NCBI GenBank assembly: GCA_964455675.1
Contig: CAYVYK010000009.1
Coordinates: 51,139 to 71,138, forward strand
Reading direction: 5' to 3'
DNA: 20,000 nucleotides
DNA from: an uncultured Methanosarcinales archaeon
GTDB taxonomy: Archaea; Nanobdellota; Nanobdellia; Woesearchaeales; CAYVYK01
Part shown: positions 1 through 8,032 of the stretch, piece after piece
Layout: the number at the start of each line of letters is the position of its first letter
Position numbering within the stretch: the first letter of the stretch is position 1
Translations under genes and position numbers: made by a program
The notes under the pieces: generated by a model
What the model was told of the DNA's origin: nothing
Database searches by the model: none
Seen by the model: only the letters and a program-made list of their open reading frames with translations

Positions 1-725
1 GCAAGGAAGCGCAACTGGAATGGGTAGATAACGGCAGGGTACACAAAAGCATACCCCCACAGGAGGATACACGCAAGGAATGGAAGCACAAATCCAACTC
101 CCGCTCCATAGAGGACGTTGCGGAAACCGACTTTCCGAGAATTCCAGTACCCATAGATGACAAGAAGGACCAGAGGAACAAAAAAATCAATCCTTGCCAA
201 GAACGCAAGAGAAAAGCAAACCGACGACCAAAAATATGAATCAAAACGCAACAACAAAAACGCACCGAGGGATACGAAGAACACCGCAAACTGCACTGCG
301 GCAGGATTTGTCGCATCAAGAAGCACCTTAAAACTCAGCACGTACAGCCCCGCACCGAGAAGACCAGCCCAACGATCCTTGAAAACGGCCGACAAGGATA
401 AAAAAATGAAGAGCGAAGAGAGCAGCACGATGATGAGCGGAAGAAGCTTGAACACTGTAATATTGAAGCCTACGATACCATACAGCCACGAAAAAATATA
501 AAACTTGACGGGCATCTCATCCGTAAAAAAATCAATGTAGGGACTCTTTCCCTCCGTCATGATACTCGCGAAATAATAATCATTGTTCTCATACGAATCC
601 TCAAGAAAGACATGGGCGGACTTAATCCACACCACCACAACCCAAAGGAGCAACAAAAAAACGAACGGAAACCAGCGATGGTAGGACGTGTACTTACTCT
701 CCCTTCGCGATCTTGCCCGAGACAT
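1..725 (-). CDS. GT-C fold membrane glycosyltransferase (ArnT/PMT-like), 3' end runs off the window
   Basis: Not in the ORF track because it has no stop in the window. Manual translation from ATG 725 is open to position 1: MSRARSRRESKYTSYHRWFPFVFLLLLWVVVVWIKSAHVFLEDSYENNDYYFASIMTEGKSPYIDFFTDEMPVKFYIFSWLYGIVGFNITVFKLLPLIIVLL... The pattern is TM1, an acidic loop, a G-x-x-PYxDFF motif, then further TM helices (CFSLAFLARIDF). TATATATA at 749-756 lies 23 nt upstream. Confidence 0.75.
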   Translation of the reverse strand, partial: MSRARSRRESKYTSYHRWFPFVFLLLLWVVVVWIKSAHVFLEDSYENNDYYFASIMTEGKSPYIDFFTDEMPVKFYIFSWLYGIVGFNITVFKLLPLIIVLLSSLFIFLSLSAVFKDRWAGLLGAGLYVLSFKVLLDATNPAAVQFAVFFVSLGAFLLLRFDSYFWSSVCFSLAFLARIDFFVPLVLLVIYGYWNSRKVGFRNVLYGAGVGFVLPFLACILLWGYAFVYPAVIYPFQLRFL

Positions 726-826
726 ACCGCAGGGGAAGAACTTATCGCTATATATACCTTGTTTCCCCCCCTTTTCTCTATACCGTGACGAAAAAGTTAA
801 AAAGTACACTTCCTTTTGACACGGTT

Positions 827-1243
827 ATGAAGATACTCCCAAGAATTGAACGATACCAGAGGTTCCAGGTCTTCCTAGCTAGACACAAGCTTGAGAAAGC
901 ATTCCTTGACATGAAGCACCAAGAACTACGCAACGGACTTGAACGGGCAACACGGAAAAAATACCAAGTATTCTGGGTGATGATCGCACTGTACGCACTG
1001 CTCTTCTCGTCAGTCATCACGACAGCATTATCCGGAGTATCGTTCTTTCGAGGGATTGGGGACGCGCTGATGTCCCTTTCCGGAATCCTTGGAAACGGAT
1101 TGATCGTCCTTACGATCTACATCTCGCACAGAATCATGGGCGTGTATGACATCGAGCAGAGCTTCTATATCTCGGCGATCATCGCAAAAATCATGAACAG
1201 GGCGGATAGATCACCAGACATTGATCGTCCAAGAAAACATTAA
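827..1243 (+). CDS. Hypothetical membrane protein (138 aa, about 2 TM helices)
   Basis: ORF 713..1243 trimmed to ATG 827, which lies 22 nt after GAAAAAG-TTAAAAAG (BRE/TATA-like, 790-804). Hydrophobic segments VFWVMIALYALLFSSVITTAL and LMSLSGILGNGLIVLTIYI. Confidence 0.7.
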   Translation: MKILPRIERYQRFQVFLARHKLEKAFLDMKHQELRNGLERATRKKYQVFWVMIALYALLFSSVITTALSGVSFFRGIGDALMSLSGILGNGLIVLTIYISHRIMGVYDIEQSFYISAIIAKIMNRADRSPDIDRPRKH

Positions 1244-1500
1244 TAACAAGACAGCCATTTCCGAGCACTCCTTACACAACTCCATCACCACCGCATATGC
1301 GGACAAACCAATTCCACAGGGCTTCCTCACCCACAATCTTGAGCGCAGTCCGCGGGAAAGGGCCGGAAACACTACTCACATCAAGAGCACCGGTAGAACG
1401 AACGAAAGACTCATTCTAGATTAGGCCATAGACGGAACGTATGAGCTTCGTGAGAAACTCATCAGATATTCCTACACCAGAACCATTAGGAGAAACCATC

Positions 1501-1974
1501 ATGAACCACCTTCGCAGAGGACACCAACAAGAACTCCTTGTACCAATCGCAATTGTGTGCCTGCTGATCTCCATCCTCCTGCCATCGATCGCCAGAGTGC
1601 GGGAAAACGCGAGATTCAAGACACTGTTCCCTATCGACACCGCTGCATGGAACGAGGGGAAGGTTAGCACAAAGACTATCCAATTCCTCTCCAAGGACGA
1701 CGCGGACGACATCAAGGCACTGAAGAAAGGAATCGCCGCCTTAAAGACCACTCCCAAATACAAAGGTGAAAAACTGCTCATCGACCTTGAGGGCAATATC
1801 ACCCAAGGCCCGCACCCGATCGGGTACATCCTCATCGCAGGAGAAGGAAGTGCAGTCACTACGGAAGACGCAGTGATCATCACATTCACGGCATACCACG
1901 GTGGAAAGTACACGATCAGCGTGAGGAACGACAAGATGGGCAACTACATTATTGAACATGCGCCAAGCAAGTGA
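1501..1974 (+). CDS. Type IV pilin/pseudopilin-like protein with a degenerate prepilin N-terminus (157 aa)
   Basis: AGGAGA SD at 1488-1493 before ATG 1501. The N-terminus MNHLRRGHQQELLVPIAIVCLLISILLPSIARVRENAR resembles the bacterial prepilin pattern RRGFTLIELLVVIAIIALLISILLPSLxRARExAR. Confidence 0.65.
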   Translation: MNHLRRGHQQELLVPIAIVCLLISILLPSIARVRENARFKTLFPIDTAAWNEGKVSTKTIQFLSKDDADDIKALKKGIAALKTTPKYKGEKLLIDLEGNITQGPHPIGYILIAGEGSAVTTEDAVIITFTAYHGGKYTISVRNDKMGNYIIEHAPSK

Positions 1975-1994
1975 CGGCACGCTCCAGCACTCGC

Positions 1995-2036
1995 CAAAAA
2001 AATCCTTCACACCCCTGGTGCTGGGGGATTTTTTTG
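1995..2036 (+). terminator. Intrinsic (hairpin plus U-tract) terminator, potentially bidirectional
   Basis: C-A7-TCCTTCA-CACC-cct-GGTG-c-TGGGGGA-T7-G: a stem with two G-U pairs flanked by A7 and T7, 20 nt after the stop at 1974. Confidence 0.7.
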
Positions 2037-2084
2037 CAGTCTTTATTTTCTATATAGATACGTATTATGGATACTGACCTGGAG

Positions 2085-2100
2085 CACAAACTATATAAAT
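2085..2100 (+). promoter_or_regulatory. Archaeal BRE/TATA promoter of rps27ae
   Basis: CACAAAC-TATATAAA (TATA 2092-2099), 23 nt before ATG 2123, with no SD. Consistent with a leaderless transcript. Confidence 0.6.
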
Positions 2101-2122
2101 CGCCGGCAGACTCTTCGTCACC

Positions 2123-2311
2123 ATGGCAAAAGAAGGAGCAAAAGGCAAGAAAGGCGGCAAATCACGACAACTCTGGAAACTCTACCAAGTACAGGGAGAC
2201 AAAGTCGTGCGCAAGAACAAGTACTCTCCAAAGTCACCAGGAGACTTCCTCGCCGAGCACAAGGATCGAAGAACGTGCGGCAAGACAGGATACATGGAGA
2301 AAAAAGTTTAA
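2123..2311 (+). CDS. rps27ae: 30S ribosomal protein S27ae (eS31)
   Basis: WKLYQVQGDKVVRKNKYSPKSPGDFLAEHKDRRTCGKTGYME follows the S27ae pattern Y.v.g.k..R....CPrCG.g.fmA.H.dR..CGkCgyte. Basic, 62 aa. Confidence 0.93.
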   Translation: MAKEGAKGKKGGKSRQLWKLYQVQGDKVVRKNKYSPKSPGDFLAEHKDRRTCGKTGYMEKKV

Positions 2312-2355
2312 GATTAAAGCACATCCTTAAAAATGGATTTTCTTCTTCACACTGC

Positions 2356-2913
2356 ATGAGATACACAATACTATTTGGCATACTAGCCATTCTGGCACTT
2401 GCCAGCTGCGCGCAACCACCATCAGATGTTCCGCGCGCACAGATCAGCACAACACCAGCAGAGACACTCTCCGCGACACAAAACAAGCCGGCGGACATGA
2501 CACTCAGTTCGTTTGAGTTCGAAGGATACGGGCCGGGAAAATCACACATCGGAACATTCGAAGAATGGGAAGGAACACTCCTCTATGAAGGCGAGACGAT
2601 CAAAGGATTCACAGGAACGATCAACGCAGGCAGTGTGAACACAACCATCGAACGACTCGACGCTCACCTGAAGACGGAAGATTTCTTCGACGTCGCACTG
2701 TACCCGGAAATCGTATTTGAGACGATGAGCATCAACGAAGGAACGGCAAGTGGAAAGCTCACGTTCCACGGAGTAACACACGACATCAGCTTCCCAGTAA
2801 CGGTAAGCGACGCAGGCGTCACATCAGAGTTCCTCCTTGACACGACACCATTCAACATCAAGTACACCGGGATCAACAAGGACGTACGGATAAAATTCAT
2901 GCTAGCGCCGTAA
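2356..2913 (+). CDS. yceI: YceI family (polyisoprenoid-binding) lipoprotein
   Basis: Start trimmed to ATG 2356 (TTAAAAAT at 2327-2334). Lipobox-like LALAS-C after a hydrophobic signal. YceI motifs INAGSVNTTIERLDAHLKTEDFFDVALYPEIVF and GKLTFHGVTHDI. Confidence 0.9.
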   Translation: MRYTILFGILAILALASCAQPPSDVPRAQISTTPAETLSATQNKPADMTLSSFEFEGYGPGKSHIGTFEEWEGTLLYEGETIKGFTGTINAGSVNTTIERLDAHLKTEDFFDVALYPEIVFETMSINEGTASGKLTFHGVTHDISFPVTVSDAGVTSEFLLDTTPFNIKYTGINKDVRIKFMLAP

Positions 2914-2939
2914 AGATCATGGTACATTGAGAAGACTTA

Positions 2940-3482
2940 TTACAATCCAGGAAACGATCTCGTCGTGGAGCAGCCAGCAAACGCAGAAGGCCTATCAAGA
3001 TAGTTCCATTGATCGGACTGCACACTGAGGATGTCACCGACAAAATACCAGACGGAACCTTCGCCAACACCTTGCCTACGTAGCATGTCATGCGCACGAC
3101 GCATGGTACTACCAGACTCCCAGAGATCATCTGCAATAACATAGACAAGGGAAGGATCGGTGATGTGCGGAATACACTCTTCCCTTCTCCGCCGGTCACC
3201 AAGCATATGGTACGCAACAAGCGCAGCTGTAGGCATCCTGTCTGCCATACTTTTAATCATGGGCAATACCAAAGCAACCGAGCCAACACTTACGGGAGGA
3301 ATGTATGGGTACACCCTTTCTCTTGGAATAGCTGGCGAAATCAGATCAGCGTACTGCGGTTTCCAGAGCTCGCCATTCATTCCAAACCTTGATGTTGAGA
3401 CTACCTCAACAACACCAATCTGATCAACGGACGTCTCTCTCAGGAGCGCTGCCAAGCCATCCTTGAGGTACATCGGAACCAT
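2940..3482 (-). CDS. Type I phosphoribosyltransferase-fold protein, substrate unknown
   Basis: PRPP-binding loop YVIADDLWESGSTM followed by helix RRAHDMLRRQG. ATG 3482 is preferred over TTG 3548 because TTTAAAAA (3512-3505) lies 22 nt upstream. Confidence 0.65.
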   Translation of the reverse strand: MVPMYLKDGLAALLRETSVDQIGVVEVVSTSRFGMNGELWKPQYADLISPAIPRERVYPYIPPVSVGSVALVLPMIKSMADRMPTAALVAYHMLGDRRRREECIPHITDPSLVYVIADDLWESGSTMRRAHDMLRRQGVGEGSVWYFVGDILSVQSDQWNYLDRPSAFAGCSTTRSFPGL

Positions 3483-3540
3483 ATTACTTGAGAGTCGCTC
3501 ATCATTTTTAAAGCTACCGTCGGCACTCGCCACAGAAGGA

Positions 3541-5574
3541 TTATACAAGCGGATCCAGTTCTAACTCCCTCACGGTCGTGGGGATGGCGCCATTTGAAAT
3601 CGCGGTCAGGATTTCCGCACGATAATGATCCGGAAGGGAAGGATCCTCGACGAGCACGGGACCATCACGGTAATAGATGTTCCACGGATGGTCGAGCGTG
3701 ATGATGTACGAGCGGTACTTGATCATCTCCTTTACGTCATGCAGCGACAGGGGACCACCATAGCTCCCACCGCTCCAAGGCTTATGCACGATCGGATACC
3801 AGGAAACTCTCCCGGCATATGGGGAGGACTGTGAATAATACGAAAATCCGAGCTCCCAGAGCGTCCTTGCATACGCATCTTCAGAACCAAGCACACTCAA
3901 GTATGGTGCCCTGAACCCGTACACTGTCGTGTTAAAGAATTCCTCAAGAAAGATCTTTGATTCATAGATCTCACGCCGACCGAGTTCAGGACCCACAAGA
4001 TTCAAGTTCGTATGATACCTTGTATGCGAACCAACTTCCATCAAACCATTCTGCACTAGTGCTTTTGAGCGATCAACAAGCACAGGATCAAGGATCGCAA
4101 ACGCGAGCAAGTCTTTCTTTGTAAAATAATTTGTGGTTGGGATACCATAACGCTCGGAATACCCAACAATCTCTCGAAATCCGAGCAGACCTGAAACCTG
4201 AGGATACGGGAACTCATCATGAAGATACGGGGACGCACGAGGGGACATCCAGGCAACAATCGCAGGACTAGAGCACAGAAGTTCATCATCCGCAAGGCCA
4301 AGCGAATAGTTCGCGTCAGTGCAGGGCGAGAGGGCTCCCGATGCTGCAATGTCAGAAACATATCTTCCGGATTCGATGTCAAAAGAGAAGGCAATGTCGA
4401 GCCTGCGCTTGGCATGATTCAGATCAGGAAGAACAAAAGAGAACGATGAGGAACCGAGGATATCCCGCACGACTAGATCAGTAATATCAGCATCACCGAT
4501 CGAACGAGGGATCGCCCCCGATAATACTGACCGATAGCAGTCGCCGACGCTAGGAACAGCAGCTCCCTCGACAAACACCTGATCCCTTGGAATGAAGAAT
4601 GTACGAACCGACACATTCATTGCATCATAGGTCATGATTTCGCACCAGAGGAAAAGCATCTTACCAGGAGAGAGTACCTCATCCCTCTGGAACAGATAGA
4701 ATTGATCCGGAAACCCGAGGTCGTCCTCATCCAAAAGATTCCTTGCGGAGAAATTCAGATAGTCATGCAAAAAATTCTGCACGTATCCGGCTTCATTATC
4801 AGAAAGAATAAGAAACTGGTCACCAGGATCAAGAATAACATTCCTTGAAACTAGACCGTCCACCAGAAAAGCATCACCGTGAAATTCCACGTCAGAGGAA
4901 AAGAGACCGTCTTCTGCATGAATGAAGTAATCACCGTACATCAGAAGTTGAGGCGACGGATATACCTCCGAAACCAACTCGCCAAGGACATTCCTACCGC
5001 GAACGGACAATGAAGGGGAAAGATTGAGATACGTTGTCGGATCATGGAACTCGAATGCAGCGAGATCAATATACTTAGGATCAAGCACGACCACCTGTCG
5101 GACAATCCTATTCCACCTGATGCCGAAGGGCACGGAAACCTGGTACTCTTTTGGCACAAACCCAACCGAATGCACAACGACATGATACGAACCCTTCCAC
5201 AACGTTAAATTGAGAACGCCCCTCGTGCCATTGAACACCGTACGGTTCTGGTCATCCTGCAACGTGATCCTCGCAAGGATTGGATTTTCGAGGGAATTCT
5301 GGATCTCGACATCATACCGAAAAGGCCAGAACAGATACGCGAGCGCAATCGCAACGACCACGACGACAAAACAGATAATCCAGATATAGCGCGGCATTCC
5401 TCGCTGCAGAGCCAAATATATTCCGCAAGTCAAACCAGTAAGACCAACACAGAGGATTGCGGACCACAGTACAAAATATCCCCCCCGAATACCAAGAAAA
5501 CCAATAATGGATAGAGAGAGCACCATACTTGCGGCAAGCAGTGCACGAGTTGTCTTCATCTCAGTATACCTCAT
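3541..5574 (-). CDS. Membrane-anchored multidomain protein with a C-terminal polysaccharide deacetylase (CE4/NodB) domain
   Basis: Three N-terminal TM segments, then a PEGA/carboxypeptidase-regulatory-like beta region (LWKGSYHVVVHSVGF). CE4 motifs AFSFDIE, EVGSHTRYH, GFRAPYL, LDHPW. TTTAAAAA at 5603-5596. Confidence 0.8.
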   Translation of the reverse strand: MRYTEMKTTRALLAASMVLSLSIIGFLGIRGGYFVLWSAILCVGLTGLTCGIYLALQRGMPRYIWIICFVVVVVAIALAYLFWPFRYDVEIQNSLENPILARITLQDDQNRTVFNGTRGVLNLTLWKGSYHVVVHSVGFVPKEYQVSVPFGIRWNRIVRQVVVLDPKYIDLAAFEFHDPTTYLNLSPSLSVRGRNVLGELVSEVYPSPQLLMYGDYFIHAEDGLFSSDVEFHGDAFLVDGLVSRNVILDPGDQFLILSDNEAGYVQNFLHDYLNFSARNLLDEDDLGFPDQFYLFQRDEVLSPGKMLFLWCEIMTYDAMNVSVRTFFIPRDQVFVEGAAVPSVGDCYRSVLSGAIPRSIGDADITDLVVRDILGSSSFSFVLPDLNHAKRRLDIAFSFDIESGRYVSDIAASGALSPCTDANYSLGLADDELLCSSPAIVAWMSPRASPYLHDEFPYPQVSGLLGFREIVGYSERYGIPTTNYFTKKDLLAFAILDPVLVDRSKALVQNGLMEVGSHTRYHTNLNLVGPELGRREIYESKIFLEEFFNTTVYGFRAPYLSVLGSEDAYARTLWELGFSYYSQSSPYAGRVSWYPIVHKPWSGGSYGGPLSLHDVKEMIKYRSYIITLDHPWNIYYRDGPVLVEDPSLPDHYRAEILTAISNGAIPTTVRELELDPLV

Positions 5575-5659
5575 CGCCCTCCCCCGAAGTCCAGTTTTTT
5601 AAACTTTCTTGATCCTCTACCATCTCTTGCGCACGAGCAGGATCGACTCATTACCTTCA

Positions 5660-6697
5660 TCAGATTATATCACTAATCTTGTGAACAGCAAGTGTTGACC
5701 AAAACATGTTGCCATACCTATTCGTTCCTGGAGTAACGCTGTGGACAGACAATTGGTCACCCGGCTGGTACCACGTGATCGTCGAAAACTGATGGTCATA
5801 ATAGGTGAGGCCGCTCGTCGCGTTCCTCACGCCGTAGCCGAGGCTATTCTGAACACTCCCTGTGTTCCTTCGCAGCTCGACTTCTGTGCGCTCAACATCT
5901 GATAGGTCCGAAACAACAACGTTTACAAACACCTCGTAGTACCCTTCTTTTTGTATCGTGATGAATTCCTGACCCTGCTCCCAGGCAAACGTGGATGGAT
6001 CTATGTTGAAGTCCTGCATATCCCAGATGTAGGGGCCAGGACCCTGACGCGTGGGGCTATGCACCCACCGCCCAACAGCAGTTGTACTTTGTTCTACCGG
6101 CTGCCACGTACCCTTCCCCTCACTATCAGAAGTCAATACAAAACCTTGCGAGGCACCAGTCGGCATCACGAAACCAGTGGATTTCACAGTACCTGCCACA
6201 TCCAGACACTCAGCGGGATTTGAAACCCCGATACCAAAGTATCCCGCATTTGTCAATGCCGCCAGTTCTGCCTGAGCACCACTCACCTTTAGCTTGTTTT
6301 CAGAACCGTCATAGAACACAACGAATCTGTCAGAATCTTTCAATCGGAAATGGATCTTGCCATCAGCCTGCTCAAACCTCGTCGTCAAAAAAATTTCAGG
6401 ATTCCAGTACCCGATCAGATTCAACCGTGCTTCGGAAGACGATGATGAACCCTTGATCTCTACCTTGTTCTTTGGCTGGTTCGTGCCGATGCCCACATTC
6501 CCCGTCGGAATTGCATACATATTCGGCGCACTCGACCAGTAGTTCCAGTCATTGTCCTGACCTTTCGGTTCACCGTCGGTATCTGATATGTCCTCTACGG
6601 TCTCACCAGACACTTCGGCAAGTTCTGGAACGTCGTCTGCATACACACCGCCCAGTACTACAAACACCACGAATCCTAGTAGAATTCCTTTGTTCAT
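5660..6697 (-). CDS. Secreted fibre/adhesin-like protein (GNVGIGT repeats, C1q/TNF-like C-terminal domain)
   Basis: ATG 6697 after a GGGGGG SD-like run. Signal peptide MNKGILLGFVVFVVLGGVYA. Repeats TGNVGIGTNQPKNKVEIKG and AGYFGIGVSNPAECLDVAG, then GFVLTSDSEGKGTWQ. C-terminal FITIQKEGYYEVFVNV...YQPGDQLSV. Confidence 0.7.
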   Translation of the reverse strand: MNKGILLGFVVFVVLGGVYADDVPELAEVSGETVEDISDTDGEPKGQDNDWNYWSSAPNMYAIPTGNVGIGTNQPKNKVEIKGSSSSSEARLNLIGYWNPEIFLTTRFEQADGKIHFRLKDSDRFVVFYDGSENKLKVSGAQAELAALTNAGYFGIGVSNPAECLDVAGTVKSTGFVMPTGASQGFVLTSDSEGKGTWQPVEQSTTAVGRWVHSPTRQGPGPYIWDMQDFNIDPSTFAWEQGQEFITIQKEGYYEVFVNVVVSDLSDVERTEVELRRNTGSVQNSLGYGVRNATSGLTYYDHQFSTITWYQPGDQLSVHSVTPGTNRYGNMFWSTLAVHKISDII

Positions 6698-6793
6698 AAC
6701 AACCCCCCCAAGAGAGCCCAAAGAAGACGACTATATAAACAATATCACAGACAATAACAAAAACAGTGACAAAGGTTTAGCAAGTATGCCAAG

Positions 6794-8032
6794 CTACGAT
6801 GACACAACATGGGAAACTTGCACCGCAGCATGCTCGCGGGGCGTTCGCACACTCTCGATAATATCCAGATACGCCGGCAGGTAACTATCCGCAGAAAACC
6901 TGCGCACCCACAGCGCCTGGAGCTCATGCGCGCTGTATTTCCTTTTGTCAAATGAACGGATCACGCGCTGCAAATCCCCCATATCCTTGTATTTGAAGAT
7001 GAGATTGCTGTCAACTTGGCGAATCAAGTCAGGAATCCCTCCAATGGCAGGACCAATCGCAGGGATGCCCATGGAATACGCTTCGAGGATGGTGTTCGGA
7101 CAATTGTCTGGACACTCAGAAGAGAGCACCAACGCTTCCGCCATGGAGTACCAAGCAAAAAGATCAGATTGATTCAGAAATCCAAGCAGATGAATGTTCG
7201 CAATCCTATTTTTCCGAAGGTACGACTTTATCTCGTTCTCGAGAACACCAGTCCCTGCCATGTACAGACGCTGATCGGGCATTTTACAAAACGCACGAAT
7301 CAGCGACCAGACACCTTTCCCTCTCTGCAGCATCCCCACAAAAAGGAAGAACGGGTGGAGAGGAGCATCATGCTTGGCGATACTTTTTGGACCATGGATA
7401 AAGTTTGGTAGGACGACAATAGTATTCTTGATTCCCTGACGCATATAAAACTGCTTGATGTAATCGGATGGGGCGATTATTGTGTGGATATGGGACAAAC
7501 CACGCCTCAATACATCCGTAAATCGCCAGATTTGCACCGGACGATGGTTCTTCAACATACACACCGCACACGTCTCGGGACTAACGGATTTTGAGCAAAT
7601 CCTGCCGCTCTCAAAAAAATCGTTCATTCCGCACGTGAGCCAGTGATCATGGGCCGTATACAATTTTGGCGCGTCACCCCAAAAGAAGATCTGAGGACCG
7701 AGCAAGGAAATATTGTGATAGTGAATGACATCAAAATCCTGCGCGAAAACCTTCCTCGCGCCCGAACTCAAAGGCATACCACCAAAAACATAGGAATGAA
7801 GGGGACCATACCTTCCAAGAGTCGTGCGAATATTATGCAAAACCACATTCTGATGGTTAGGGTAGTCCTTTTTAACACCAGGCTTTCTAATCAAGCGATA
7901 TGCGTCCTCGGAAAATAGCACATGAACCTCATGCCCACGCTCCGCAAGAGCGTTTGCCAAATAGTACACATGCGTGCAGCCGCCCCCCACATGAAAAGGA
8001 GGATAAAATGAGGTCACCATGAGGATCTTCAA
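6794..8032 (-). CDS. Glycosyltransferase family 4 (GT-B)
   Basis: KILMVTSFYPP..GGG, TAHDHWLTC with a Cys-rich insert, FLFVGML..GKG, DNCPNTILEAYSMGIPAI..IGGIPDL. TTG start overlaps the upstream stop (TTGA), with a GAGGTG SD. Confidence 0.92.
   Translation of the reverse strand: MKILMVTSFYPPFHVGGGCTHVYYLANALAERGHEVHVLFSEDAYRLIRKPGVKKDYPNHQNVVLHNIRTTLGRYGPLHSYVFGGMPLSSGARKVFAQDFDVIHYHNISLLGPQIFFWGDAPKLYTAHDHWLTCGMNDFFESGRICSKSVSPETCAVCMLKNHRPVQIWRFTDVLRRGLSHIHTIIAPSDYIKQFYMRQGIKNTIVVLPNFIHGPKSIAKHDAPLHPFFLFVGMLQRGKGVWSLIRAFCKMPDQRLYMAGTGVLENEIKSYLRKNRIANIHLLGFLNQSDLFAWYSMAEALVLSSECPDNCPNTILEAYSMGIPAIGPAIGGIPDLIRQVDSNLIFKYKDMGDLQRVIRSFDKRKYSAHELQALWVRRFSADSYLPAYLDIIESVRTPREHAAVQVSHVVSS

Noticed and set aside
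157..501. 114-aa plus-strand ORF
   Set aside because: Antisense shadow of the minus-strand GT-C gene (725 to <1). Its K/N/T-rich composition is what the reverse of a hydrophobic gene gives.
1436..1465. Hammerhead-like CUGAUGA on the minus strand followed by a hairpin
   Set aside because: The stem is followed by UCAU rather than the required GAAA, and no stems I/III were found.
1416..1943. 175-aa minus-strand ORF
   Set aside because: Antisense to the pilin-like gene, which has an SD, a recognisable motif and a terminator.
5660..6697. Provirus suggested by the tail-fibre-like protein
   Set aside because: The protein has a signal peptide, and no capsid, terminase, integrase or att sites were seen nearby.
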